A stretch of 64,000 nucleotides of DNA from Tubiluchus corallicola (GCA_030141605.1 JAQGDQ010000550.1:80807-144806), one strand, 5' to 3'; positions 40,301 through 54,296 are shown, counted from the stretch's first letter. Made by a program: numbers and translations. Notes: generated from the letters alone by a model not told the origin.

Positions 40301-43300
40301 ACTTGGTATGCATAATTAATTAATTAATTAAGTTGTGGTCGGGTCAGTCCTAAGTCGCATAGGTAATAATTCGACACCAAATGTACTTGTGACATGACTC
40401 TTCCTGCTTAAAAAACAGTTAGTGCATAGCTTAAAGTTGTAAATTTGTTCTACTTACCCCATAGATGATGAACATTATGAATAAGACCAACATTGGAGAA
40501 AAACCCAGCTACAGGTTCATTGTTTGCTTGTCTGTGCTTGAGACCTTTTGCCCAATTCTGTCCCCATTCTATCATGGTACCTGGCTGAAAATAATTAAAA
40601 GTTTTTGTAAAACTTCCAGGCAAAATCTAGAGTTAAGTCGAGGGCGATAAAAATATGAAAGTTTAATTTATTATCACGAAAGCTCAGTGAGTTCTCTTCC
40701 TTAACCATGACGCAAAAATAAAATTACCATAAAACAACAGCACATTTATGGCCAGAATTTCGTTATAATTTGCCACATTCTCGCTGTGACTTTTTACGAG
40801 AATTCAGAGAATCAAGGTATAAATTTCATGACAAAGTACGATGAATGCTAATTATACCAACAGTGAAGACTGATTTTTTTTAGCTGAAGTGATTTACTAA
40901 CAAAATTAATCACTATTAGTACTAACATTTTTTCAGAATGAGACTAACATTTCCTGATTCAGTTTTCCAGCCATTTCAAATTTTGTTGATTCTTCTCATT
41001 GTCAGTGAACCACAGTTATCATCTCCTTTATCAAGAAATCTACCACAAGCATTTAAATCAAGAATTGCTTTATATTCACGCATCATGAAAAATTTTATTG
41101 ATAACTTGATTAATCAGCTGTTTCCAAGTTATTTGCCTGGAGTTTGCGTACTTGTTGGCTTGGCAATGAGCATAGAACCCTATGACATTTACGTGCAGTG
41201 TAGTGCACCAAAGACATTTGGGTACTAACTAAGTAAACCTGCAAGCTTAACATGGTAGCTAGCATAAGACAAAGAACGAAAAAGTCATATTTGTGGCAGT
41301 ATTTTTTTAACATTCAAGCAAAACCTGTGCAAATCTAACTAGATTTGTTGTAAGTAATGGGCATTGGTGTGAATATGTAGGCAAATGGATTCGCATCAAA
41401 ATTCTGGCCCTGACATTTTCAGCAAAAATAGTAGTCTGGTATCACATGTTAAATATGTAAAAGTCAAATTTAGGATGAACGCTCTGAAAAACTGTGAATT
41501 AACCAAAATTTGAATCTAGATATTTGATATCATTATGGTATCCAGGCATGTTTATGCACTGACATAAACATTTATCTCATACTTAAAATTGTACTTACCT
41601 TCAAATGATAGCTTCTTAGTTCATAGATGTGTTTAGGTGCTCTGGGTTGTAATCGCGGCCAAAATGCAAACTCCAGCAAAAGTTGATTCTGACGTGAGCG
41701 TAACATGGACCGTAAATCTGCCTGAATCCTTGTGTAGTCCGGATCTGCTCTGACTAGTCTGTGAGAGTCTGTTACACCTTTGTAACCCTTGGGGTACATC
41801 CATAGATGAACTACGAACATAAATTTATGAAAAGGTATAACATTGCAATAAAAGGCTGAATTATGGATTAGCCATGGTTTACTACGCACAGTGTGAGTAT
41901 GAGTGCGTGACACAGTATATTATGCAAGAAAACCACATGCAATGTGTGATCTCAAAATTGGATTAAATAATAATAATAATAATAATAGTTTACTTTTAAA
42001 AATGCACTCCTCTGAAGATCTCAGTGCTTTTTACAATAGAAATAAAGGAAATAAAAAAATACACAATAAATCGCAATAAAAATAATTATGCAGTTGCAAT
42101 TTAAAAGACATAGCCACTTATGATATTGAAAAAAATTGACAGTAAGAGTTTAAAGTAAAAATATAGGTTAAAGTAATTTACAGATTCAACCTACATAATG
42201 AATAGAAAGTTATGTTTACAAATAAAAATATATAGCTTAAATTAATGTATTAAAAATTAATAGAACATATATTAAAATTAAGTATGTTAAAATTATGTAT
42301 AGCAGTATATGATTTCTTCATTTTACATTTTAACATTGATAAAAGTGACTGCACGAAGAACTCACATTATTAATACAGTAAAAAATGCTTTAGAGCAACT
42401 TGGTTCATTATCTTTGATGTATGTGGGTCATAGTGCATTGCTGTACTTATGCATGCATCGTTCTAGTCACTGGTATTTTCCTGGTTTTACTCCATTAATT
42501 TTAAAAATTTCCACAGTGTTGCTCGTGCAAGTAAAAAGGTTACATCATGCCACTTTCATTGCCAAAGAGTGCAGAGTTTTTGCGGGAAAGTAATGTTTTT
42601 AGGGAAATACCAATAGAGTGATATGGACTTTGAAGCAATTTAGAAAGTGTTTAAAGAAGACTTAATGGATATTCAACTTGTATAGTAAATCTTTAATAGT
42701 GTTCACAATCTTATCCGATGCCGAAATAACACTGTTTCAATAAAATTCCACGTACATTAGATTCGCAAGCCAAACTGAAAAAGAGCTTTATTATTAAGTA
42801 AGTACTTATATTGCACCACATGTCATATGACTGGTCACAACAATAATATACTTGCTTTAAGCTCTGATGATCAAATTTTAATTAAATTTCATTATTCAGT
42901 GAAGGCATTGTTAACTTAACAGAGAGTGACTTTTTTTTTGACAAAAGTCAAGTTGAATTTTGTTACTGCCCCACGTGTATGCATTTTGTGTGAGACATTG
43001 TAAATGATGTGAATGCAGTATTCATCAGTTCAGTGGAATTTTACTTGCACGCAAGATTTATGTACGTTTATTTAGGATGGCATTTTAGCCACCAAATTGT
43101 AAGTTTTGTTAATTAAATTCTATTACCTTTCTTTCGATATACTCTTTTTGCTATAAAGTAGAAAAGGACTAGGCGATCATTGTACACATTTTTGTTAATC
43201 TGTCGGAATTTCCTATTCTCACCTGTTAATCTGTTAATTATTACTTTATTGTTGCTTAGAATCACTTTTTAATACTGTATAAATTAATTTCAAGTTTATC

Positions 43301-46300
43301 GCATAGGGTAGGGCTTGATTTAGCTTTTTCTTTTGGATGTTTTACCTGGGCGCGTCTACAGTTAGACAATTGGATTGAGTTTTATTCATCAGTAAAATCA
43401 GTTGTTTTTTAAAACTACATTGCTTAAATGTACATTTATTTCTTGTGTTACATGAATGTACCACCCAATGAGCACAGCATCCTAGAAGTACATTAAGCAT
43501 TGATAAATATATTTGTCACCATCGAAAAAGCAAAAAGTTACAATTTCGTAAACACTACTAAGAAACACACTATTTAAAGTAAACGTTTATGGTTATTTAC
43601 AGTACGTAGCAGCTGTTAATTACCTGCCTCATCTTCATCACCTATTAACACTGTCCAGCTACCCACAATTTCACAGCCCAAATCGTTATTTCTGTCTTGT
43701 ATCCGTTTGGTCCATTTTCCACTGTAACATGTACCAGTTCAACTTAATACATAGAATTGCAGTATATACAAAAATGTAAACCATCAAAGCCTAACAAACC
43801 TACTGAGGGTAATAATATGTATGTATACACAAAGGGTTAGGCTTCTGAATTGCAATGATGCAATTGTAGATAGATAGATAGATAAAAGGTTTGTTTCACA
43901 CAAAAATTATAGTTAAAAACTGAATAAAATTGCATAAAAACTTAAAAAAACAGTTAAGATGCCATAGCCATAACAATCAAATATATACTAAGATTATACA
44001 AAGTGTGATACAACCAACTGTTAAAAATACTCTATAAACACATAAATCAACATTAAAAAATCATAAAAACTAAAAAAATGTATCTATTTGCCAAGATCTT
44101 ATTACTACCATTTAAAAATCTTTTCAAGCAAAACAGGACCCAATCTTAAATTGTATTTCAAAACAATCTACTCTTTAAAATATTGAAAGGAAACATAATA
44201 TTTTTTCAACAATGACTTACGTGAAAGAATTATTACCACACAAACACAATTTCACGTACGTGCCACTAGTTCTTCGCTGTTACATGCATTTCACCATTCG
44301 CTAGTCAGACGGGCACTAGGACCTGCATTTTGGAAATGCATTGCATAAAAAACAGGTGCTGTACTTCTCAGTTCAGATGTGTGAGTTTGTGACGAACTAT
44401 ACATGTTCAACAGCTCATGTGTGAGCATAGCGGTAACTATGAAATTTGAATTTTTATCTTCTGAATTTATAAACTGAATATCTTACAGTAGCACTGTACT
44501 TCAATTTTTGCTTTTGCAAACACATGCAACGCACTCGTGGAATATTTTTGCAGTTGAAAATTATGTGAGTTTGTGATGTCACCAATAGTTCAGGTTGCCC
44601 GCTGTCATTTAACTACCAGAAACGCTTTTGCAGTATTGTGTTCAAATGTATACTTTTTATTGGACTTGAAAATGAGGTAGCATATGAAAAATCATCGTAT
44701 CTTCCTTTCATATAATCGTAAAGGTGAATAAAATTTACGATTTGTTTTACATGCATTCAGGGACGATACTGAAACTGAATTTACAAAGCGAAACAGAAAC
44801 CGAAATTCATGAAACATAGAAAACAGTTACCAAAACGAAACCGAACCAAAACATTTTTGCAAAACCAAAGTACTATTAAAACTGAAAAAAGAAAATTCTA
44901 AAGTAACTAAAATATTTTGTTTGTTTGCTTTTATTTGTTGCGATACAAAATTACTGATAAAAAATTCTAATACAAAAAGGACAAGGAACTTTTTTAGTAT
45001 AGAACCTCAAGTTTGATGGAATGGTTTACCTCAGAAAATGTATTATAATGTTCTTGGATTTAAGTATCCTTAATGATTCATGTTTAAAGACCATAATGCT
45101 TCATTAAAGATAAACAGATTTTATTTGGCAGATATTTTGTTGCCAATATTTCATGAATTATAAAATTAAACGTGCATTATAAAATTTTGCTCAAGTAACT
45201 TCAAATGTGGTTTGATATTTCAGTTGATTGGGCCTGGAGACACCAAAACTTCGCAGTCGTCACAACTGACGATATGCCCGCATTGCTGGTAAAAGCACAT
45301 CGCCCAAAACTAGTACATAAAAAATTTTCTTTATTTGAACTAATTTAGCCTAGATTTTTCACCGTTTTTTGACATCTAGGAAAAAAGAAAAGGTAAATCA
45401 AAAAAATACTAGTGAAACCTTAGAGAAATGCCACCGAAAATTATTCAAAATTTCTGCTACTAAATTTAATAAATTTCGCCGAAACCTAAACTTAACTGAA
45501 AGTGCAATTATCGGCAAAACCAAAAGGAAAATTTTGTTTTGGTAATTTCCTTTTGGTAATATCCTTACAAGCATTTGCTATATGTTTTCCTCTTCCTATA
45601 CTACTTAATCATTAGTATATTACACTTGCAGTTGCTTATCATAAAAATTGGGAATTATTTCTATACATCAGTGTACTCTATAAATTTATAACTTATTTCA
45701 CAATTTTATAAACTTCAAACACCCTATTTAATTAATATAGGTCTATACTGTTCTCAATAAAATGAATTAAAATCGAATAAATTTCAAGAAACTTACTAAA
45801 GTTCTACATAATCGTCCATACAATCTGGGCGGACTAAGTGTGCTGAAACGAATAAGAATTTGTGAAATTGTAATGAATTAAAGAGAAAATTACAAAAATT
45901 ACTGAATCTAAAAACTGCATGCTGTATATCAGTTAAACACATACTTTCAATATACGTAACTTGACATTCTAGAATGTCATAATTTGACACATCAAACAAT
46001 GACATCAATGAGAACAGACTAAGGTATAAAAGGGGATCTCGAGGCATGTCTATGGATTAAGCAGTACATATTAATTCAACAAGCTCCCTTGTGGCATTCA
46101 AGCTCAACCAGGCTTTCATGGGGTTTACGACTTTGGCAACAATCTGAAAATTTCTAAGTCCAACAGTTGCAAAACATTTGTGGGCGTTTGCAGTTGTCGC
46201 AAAAAAGGTCGGCGGTTTCACCAAAAAATTTAAAACGTTTAACATTTGTCACAAAACTCGCCACTTTGCCAAAACTTTGCAACACCACTGTAAAGTTGTT

Positions 46301-47814
46301 GTAACATTTGCCGCATTCGCTAATTTGTCACAAATTAGTCGCACATTTGTCAACAATTTCAGAATCCGCGACAACTTGGCAAACATTTCACGGCACTTTT
46401 GAGAATGTTCAGAAGTCTTTGCGACCACTGTGTGACGATTTTGCAACATTTTGGCGAGCCTCGGTTTTTCTGCAACTTTTCTCCAAAAATTCTGAGCAAA
46501 TGTCTTGAAATATTCACAAAATACTTGCGTGAATGTTGTGCAATATTCGTCTTGTTGCAATAGTCGCCAAATATGCGCAAACATGTTGTGAAGTTCAGAT
46601 GACTTTATCGCAATTTTCACTAAAGAAAAGCCCAAAACTCGCAAAAAATGCACCGAAAGTCGCACGAATGATTAGCGACAAAACACACTTGCAGCAATAT
46701 TTTGGTGACTGTCAGACATAGAAATTTTTTTGACTGCTGCAAAAAACTCATGGCTCCAGGAATGCCTGGCTTAACCATCAAAACAACAATGAACAACATA
46801 ACTGTAATTCGTTCTGGAGATTACAAGAAAATTTTCACTGTTGCTGCTACTAACAAACCCTTACTTTGCAGCTCAAAGATTCGTTCCTTATCAGAAAGAA
46901 TTTGTGACTGCGATCCTTTGTGCATATCAACCGTAAAGTCAAATAATTTAGCCCCACATGGGAAGCTTGTTCGGAAATACCTGTGATAAAAACAGAATTT
47001 ATTTAAAAATAGCCAGTCTACATGTCTCATGTTGTGCAACTGCTAGTTCTCATTAAAATGTTGTATTACTGCATCAAAATGTCAGCAGGATCCGCATGTA
47101 TTACTGAGCATAAAGCAGGTCACTACATAAAATAATTGTTGTTCTTTAGCTATAACAAGATTATGATTTTCACACTTAAAAATACTGAATTCTGAAAATT
47201 GCACTATTTTCAAATTTTCTACTTCTGCAGATAAAATAACATTAAAATGCAGAGTTATTCAATAAGTAGCACCCAAAATTTCCCAGTTCATAATGTTCAC
47301 AAACTATCACATATAAAAACTGTTATTTTGACTAATTACTTTTATTTTTGCCGATAGTGTTACTTTCAAAGAATTTCTCAAACTCAAACTAAAAGGTTCA
47401 TTTATTTTTCATATTATTGCTAGTTTTAATGCAATGTTATTCTTTTTTGTCCATCTGTCTTACAGCCAGTGTTTAACAGGCTGTCATCTAAAACCAGATA
47501 CGTGTTAGTAGAAACTTTGGACTAAAACAATACAAGTGCTAGCTAAAGCCAAAATAGCTGCGTGACACTGCTTATACATTTACGATGGTTTATAAAAAGT
47601 GCCTCATGTACCGTTACTACGTTAGACAGTGCATAACAATTTGAAGTTATTTTTTTAGTTAGCATGCATTTTTACACAAGTTGTGTCTCAATCCTCAGAT
47701 ATCTTTAAAGCTAATAATAGCTCAATTGTTTATTAAACGTGCTTACCTAACACATCTTAAACAATGATTGATATTGAGCTTCGAAACATTATAAACACTA
47801 TTCATCGTCGCCAT
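37339..47814 (-). CDS. NIPSNAP: NipSnap protein (NIPSNAP1/2-like, mitochondrial), 8 coding exons, ~271 aa
   Basis: Exons (minus) 47814-47747, 46980-46865, 45842-45797, 43721-43624, 41810-41599, 40584-40458, 38285-38202, 37403-37339, with all phases consistent. Signature sequences [60 protein letters not shown] and [13 protein letters not shown]. Confidence 0.95.
37715..37860 (+). mobile_element. tRNA-derived SINE-like fragment
   Basis: B-box GGTTCAAATCC 37771-37781, with A-box-like tggagcctactgg upstream and an (ATA)n tail. Related copies at 7879-7889 (-), 48165-48400 and near 54372 (-). Confidence 0.5.
38346..40326. repeat. 989-bp tandem duplication within NipSnap intron 6
   Basis: 38346-39337 matches 39335-40326 (period 989; no differences seen by eye). 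TTA microhomology at the junction within a (TTAA)n run. Confidence 0.95.
44127..44708. mobile_element. Solo arm of the Kolobok-like long-TIR family
   Basis: agcaaaacaggacccaatcttaaa...gaaaaatcatcgtatcttcct is colinear with 12825-13319. Confidence 0.8.
44758..45565. mobile_element. hAT-like MITE with (aaaccg/aaactg) subterminal repeats
   Basis: Begins cagggacgatactgaaa and ends ttttggtaatatcctt; gaaaccgaa-like motifs are repeated near both ends. Confidence 0.45.
46107..46771. mobile_element. MITE-like element with internal (tcgca/ttgcga) short repeats
   Basis: Termini accaggctttcatgg ... ccaggaatgcctggc are inverted. The repetitive interior gives several overlapping spurious ORFs. Confidence 0.55.
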
Positions 47815-48006
47815 GCTTGTCAACTATTTTTCATACAAAAATCCACATCGGAAAGCGCACCGGCAACAACAAGCAAGTTGAATCGGCCGAATTGCCAAGT
47901 ACTGTGCTTATGTAAGTTTTCAGCAGATTTCATTTGTAACCATGGTAGCGTACTATGAGTGTTCTTCAGATACGTGTGAAAGTAGAGCAATTTAATATAA
48001 AAGTTA

Positions 48007-48016
48007 ACTTCCGCCC
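48007..48016 (-). promoter_or_regulatory. Overlapping GC-box/ETS site GGGCGGAAGT in NipSnap promoter
   Basis: About 200 nt upstream of the NipSnap ATG in a CpG-containing patch. Confidence 0.45.
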
Positions 48017-48723
48017 TACGCCTGCAAAATAAATAACCATAACTTTTCTGCAAACTTTATTAATTACTACTTAATTATTATTATCACTTTATTACCAAGT
48101 GCATTGTTATATACAGAAACAAAATACCAAATTAACCAATTATTTATAATTTTGATGTCAAGATCATCATTAATGATAGAGCAAACCCACAATGAATTAA
48201 AATTTTACGCAAAACTTGGATTTGAACCAGGGACATGCAGCCTAAAGGTTATGGTACCAGCTTTACAATCTAGATATCCCTGATTCAAATCCAACCTGTA
48301 TTCACGCTTTTCACATTTCCTGTCTTTCAGATTTGCCTTTCACATTCCTTGTTCTATCACATCCGATTTGTCTGAATGCCTTTGTGCCATTATAATCATT
48401 AAAATAGCACGTAACTATGTTTTTATTATCTTTTATATATTTCTGAATGAATGCCTTTGCATCCATTTTGCAAAATCTTGTAACGACAGCGGAACACCAT
48501 TTATTTCCACATTACCCCCATATTGTGATGGTTTGATACATTATGAAACCATTGCATAAATATATATAAATTCTGGCAAATCCTTTTTTTAAATTCGTCT
48601 TTTCTTATTATTTTGAGTTGAATGAGTATCATCATCACCCAGTTCATTAACATATTATTTTTACTAACTATCTCTATCTTTTTCTCAAAGCTATTTTCTT
48701 TTAATGGCAGTGCATCGTACAAT

Positions 48724-49635
48724 TTTATTAGAGTCTATTAAACCATTTAGGAAATATGCCAGGGATGAATTTATTGTGAACTGTATTAATTCATGCATAG
48801 ACTCAAGTTCCGTTTGGGTGAAACTTGCATGACCTTTAAAAGAAAACAACTTGAAAAATTATTTATTAAAAGATTCCTGAAAAATGACTCCTCATCAACA
48901 GACACAAGTTACTTTACTTTTTCTGGTACTGCTATTTCCTACTTTAACTGTGAGAGTGTTAGAAATGAATAGTATTCTAATCCTTCAAGATCTGTAAAAA
49001 CACAGTAAAAACTTTTTCGTTTCAACCAAAATCAATTGTTTTACAACCCAAACCTTACAGTTCTCTTAGATGCCTTCAAAATGCCCTCAAATGCAGTAAA
49101 ACGGACTCCACTGCGGGAGCTTATAGTGCTCCCCCAGACCGCTAATTGCTTGTTGCAACACCTGGGTAAAATGTCCCATACAGGCATAATTTCTTAAAAA
49201 TGGTAATACATAAAACATTTTAGAATTTAGACAATATTCAAGTAACTATTTTTCAAATTTTTTTTAAAAGGCAAACATATACATAATAATGTAAATATTT
49301 TTTTAACAAAATAATTATTTAAAGTGTTGGCTGATATGATACAGAATTAACAATATACATTCAATGCTTTGCAAATAACTCTTTTTTATGAAACAAACAC
49401 TTTTAGAAAAAAATCTGAAGCAGCAGAAGTTTGTTTTTGTTGGCTAATTCCATTTTCTGGGTCATCATCTGAAAGCAAAATAGCAAAACTACTGTAGACA
49501 TTTTACAAAATAATTGTAAGTAATTATACTAAAAGACAACAACTTTTATTAAAACTCTGAATCACAAAATGCTAAAGACATATCTCCAAACTTCAGCCTG
49601 TAGCCATCTTCAGTGATAGACTACAGAAATAAACA

Positions 49636-49702
<67 letters not shown>

Positions 49703-50226
49703 TGAAAAGAGGAGACAGAAAATGTATTTTGTGTAGGCAACAACTTACCATTAAGTCACTATGTAGCAATCTTCGTTATCAATACATTTTGGCATTGAAC
49801 TTTGATTTGCTTGCAGTTTAAGGCTCTTCAGAAACTGTATCGTAATATTCACCACTTCCGATATCATCTTTTTCACGTGGGAGAATTTTGTCACTATCAG
49901 TATCCTCTGCATTCGAAGCCTGAATTCTAAAATTACAGTAAACATTCAAATTTAGGATTTTATGATATTGTACAAATCAGTGGTTTATTCAAAAACATGC
50001 AGTTTACAATTAGTCCGATCTTGTCTAACATGATCTACTTTGTTGTGAATTCATCTAGTCTGGAATAAGTCAGCCTTGCAGTGAGTGAACCTGATTTTGT
50101 ATTGTCTAGTTTGAACTAGCCTAATCTTTTTGCATCTGTTACGATATGTAGGCTTTTGCACTTGCCTATAAGTGACTCGGAAATTATACTCTTGAGATAT
50201 TAGAATTACACTCTTGCACTGGTTAA
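48724..50226 (-). other. 3' exons of the cadherin-like gene (cytoplasmic tail/3' UTR; frame unresolved)
   Basis: Acceptors before 50226, 49919, 49468, 48991 and 48833; donors after 49749 and 48913/48918; AATAAA at 48775-48770 and 48729-48724. In-frame stops interrupt the protein-like frames. Confidence 0.45.
49641..49695. repeat. (AG)n microsatellite
   Basis: Direct reading. Confidence 0.97.
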
Positions 50227-50324
50227 CTAACAAAACACATTAACAAATTCAAATAATGATTTACACTGAAATCAATCAATATGGATACCAAATAGTTATT
50301 TTTTTTGGCAGAAAACTGACTTAC

Positions 50325-53300
50325 TGTTTAGCAATACGGATGCCTAGACCAACAGCCACAATCAGCAACACTAATGTTAGTAAGCCTATTGCATAAATGT
50401 CTTCTGTATGTTTCTCACATGTTGTAACACCAGGCTTTCCTATAAAAAAGTTAGTTTACATTTAGACTTAACAAAACACAAAGTTAAATGCTGTAACATA
50501 ACAAAAGACTACATAATGGTTAGGAAGTAGAGCAGGTAACAAAATAATTTGACACTGATGGATCAGTTGAGAGTCCAGTGAATGAACATACCAAGTGAAG
50601 CCATGTGCCAGCAGTTACAACACAGGTAAGTGCCACACTGGCTGAAAAAATTATAACAGAAGCAGTTTTGATGAATAAAGTTGAAGAATCTAGCAGCTTT
50701 GCTCTGACCATGGCAATTAAATCTAAGCTACATAATATTAAGATATAACAGTACATGTATCAAATACTACTGTTATATGCAACATAATATTTGTATGCAA
50801 GAAAAGTAGAAAAAATGTTTTTTTATTTGAAAAAAGTTTAACAAACTAATGACAAAATAAAAGTGTTAACTCTTACATAACTTTATAACACAATTAAAAA
50901 AACAATATTTTATAAAAGTTCAATTACTTGTCAATTAAAAAAAATAATTCACCTATCAATTCAACTGCTACTTCAGCAACTGCACATCGCTCTTCCTCTC
51001 CATAAATTTCTTTAGGTTCATTGCAAGCCAACACGACAAGTTCAGTTTCTTTTAAGCAGAAATCTTCCTTTAGCGAAAGCTGGCCATCATCCATTAATTC
51101 AAAATGTCTGTAGTGTAAAATTCGTAAACATAAATAGTCTTAAAGGCCTATATAACCCTAACAGACATTAAAGTTTTTTAACGCATTAATATGATTACAC
51201 AAAGAATTCGTAGATTTTATGCAAAAGAACCTTATTTCGAACGCGTGCATTGCTGTAAAGATCGCCATGTTACACGTCTTACACGATTCTTTGAGTGAGA
51301 ATGACGTACGTAGTGCAGAAAGCGTCTTTGGTTACCGATGTTTGTTTATCGATCTCCTATGACCTCGTGACTGTTCTCGTTACATCATTTATCTCGTGCA
51401 ACGAAAAATGGCAGTTCTTCTAGTTTAAATAAGGCTAACAATGAAGTGATTAAAATCAAAAGAAACAAATTTTACAGCAAGTTAATAATAAAATTATAGG
51501 ATTTTAGGTTGTAAAAGCTTTAAGTGACGGTTTAGTTTGACTTTATTATACAGGCCCAAAACGGTAAATAAAACAGTTACTTTTTGTACTTATTGAACAT
51601 GAAACAAGTAATGAATTATACATTAGATTCCAATTGGGAAGGAGAATTTCAGGTTTTGGCAAGCTCACCGACATTAGGTAGTGACAAATTATTGGTGGTT
51701 TGCAAGACATGCACACATCTTCATACATAGGCAGGGCGAAATTATCAGCTCGGGAGCACTCAACTTTTGGTAATATTTGGTCAAAAATATATTTTTTACT
51801 CCTTATGTGTTAAAGTACGTGCTAATTTAATTGCAATAAGTAGTAAACAGTATTTCCTAAAGAAAATTTTTATTAACAAAGAAAACATAACTATTTTAGT
51901 TTATTTACAAATTTTGCAAACTTCAAGCTATGTAAGGCTCCATCTGAAGAATAATTTTGCTAGCCCATGGGCCTCAAAAGGGCATAATCTGGCCCTGTAT
52001 ACACGCAATTCTGAATTAAGAGCTCTCAGAGACATTAAAACAAGCTGCATTTACATGATTTGAAATTTAAAATGCAGATGTATGTAATTTGCCAAGTGGA
52101 ATCTGAACACAGTATATTCATTTACTGGACTGTATATGTGTATATGTATGTTAGTCAAATAAATTTGTTAATACATTTGTTCAAAATTGATCTGACATGA
52201 TCTGACATGATCTCATTATCTGACATCTACAGACAGTAATATTACTGAGGAAATCATTTATTTAAGTCCTTATTTAATGAAGACTGACGGACATAAAGTG
52301 TTCCAACAAAACTAAAACATCACTGAAAGAAGTCATGGTTTGAAACTAACCATTTCATTAAAAACAGTGAAAACCATAGAGATGTGTTCCAAATGTACAT
52401 CTCATTTAAACACTTGGGATATTTGACTCATGCAGATCACACACTTGTGAGTTTTAATGGTCTATTCACATTACTTCTAATGAGTCTCAAAAAAGGTAAG
52501 CATCGCTAATAGACATTAATGTTTGGGTGATACAAATTAAGCGAGGAAATGACAAAATTTCTTCACAGTTAAGACAATTTGACATCCGAATGGGATGTGA
52601 TAAAACAAGGACTTACTGTAACAGAATTTTAACTACTTACTCTTCATCATAAAGCAAAGAGTAGCGAATTGAAGAATTCGAAGGATCCTTTGCCTCCACT
52701 TGTCCAAAAATGCCGGCTTCTCTCGCAACCCTGAACTTGTATTCCGAGTTAACAAAGTAGGGATTCTTACTGTTGGTAGTGATAATATTCACTTCAATAT
52801 CAGTTTGACTTTTATCCACTCCATTGTCTGCCATTGCCCGCAATGTGTATTTGTCTTTCTTCAGAGTAGCGTTCGTCTTCACTTCGCCATTGTCATCAAT
52901 AACAAACTCCCTGACGTCACCGCCGTCACTTGTCTTTAGAGTGTAGTTCATTTTACTGTCCATGCCGTCCGTAGCTGCAGCCTGCAGAAGCAGTATTCCT
53001 GGTGGAGCATTACCCAATACGTTTGTACTGTACTTCTGCTTGTCGAATGTGGGCTGTTGCCTAACACTCGGTATGACCTTTATTAATAGCGCCGTAGTTG
53101 CAAAACGATGGATGTTTGACTCGGTAGCCTGGACAAGTATATGGAATTCAGTATTGAGTTTTAACTTATCAGTTATTGTCACAATTCCAGTGTCGCTGTC
53201 AATGGCAAACTTTCCTCCTGCTTGAGATTCTACAGAAAGCATCATAAGGAAAAACTATACACAGCATACGAGAAATGCACTAAAGTACGTTTTGCCAAAC

Positions 53301-54260
53301 AGTGGCACCATACAACATATCATGTATAAATTTGTTAGTAGAATAAATAAGTAAAGAGAAAATCACAGACAAATGAATGTTACAACTATAGCATTATCGC
53401 AAGCCTGAATCTAGCTTCTTCTCACCACTTACATAACTGCATTTACATTATTTGCAGTTAAGCTTAGCAAAGATTCTCACATGCTACTACATAGAAAAAG
53501 CTGTTTTCAATTTGAGTTTTCTGTTTAGCCAATGGTTTTTATATAAAGAAAAGAAGGCATACTAGCTTATTAAGCCACATCAGATATTAATCAACACTCA
53601 ACGATTTGACAGCTAATTCTTTCTTCAACTAACTGGTTTATCAGCTACTCTGAGCTAACTGCTACTTAAATACACCAGACAAACCTTTATTAATAGCACA
53701 GTAGTCACAAAATGATGGATGTTTGACTCGGTAGCCTGAATCCAGCCATTTCAGCTAATTTTAGTCTCCAACTGGCAGTTATTGTGTACTGATAACTAGC
53801 ACATATAATTATATATTTTTATATGTAAAAAACTTGTATTTTTCTTAAATATTTATTGCTCCACCAAGCTTTTGTGTAGTAGGTTAAGAGCCATGTCGTA
53901 AAAATAACTTGCCATGTACATGTATTTTCTTTTTTTTTATTGAAAGAACACATTAAAGGAGTTACCCTATTTGCTGCAGCTACCACTAATCTACTGCTAT
54001 GCGAAGTTTCAACTCATAGCAGATGAGGTTGCCGGTCATCATACGCCTATATGAACTAATGAAAATTATCTTACTCAGGCATTAAACCCAAGTAATCAGA
54101 AAGCATGACAGGTATTAAAAAATCTTCACGCCTGTACATCTTCACGACAAAGACTTGTACACTCTGTGACAGACATTAAGTCACGAAAGCAAGGGGTTTT
54201 CTATTATAAAAACTTCAAAAATTTTATTGCTGCCTGTAAGTGAATAGTCACATAAAGCAA

Positions 54261-54296
<36 letters not shown>

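Noticed and set aside
46057-46721. Cluster of overlapping 60-140 aa ORFs
   Set aside because: They lie inside a repetitive MITE-like element in a NipSnap intron and show no recognisable domain.
47747-48991. Bicistronic/spliced cadherin-NipSnap transcript via an acceptor-like ttttgcag near 48022
   Set aside because: The cadherin gene has its own terminal exon with AATAAA (48775, 48729), and NipSnap has a GC-box/ETS promoter-like patch at that spot. One acceptor-like string is not enough evidence.
48913-48991. LK*EIAVPEKV as a remnant of a RET/Cad96Ca-type kinase start (KWEI..) with TAG edited to TGG
   Set aside because: No GxGxxG, HRD or DFG exons follow; the downstream exons belong to NipSnap.
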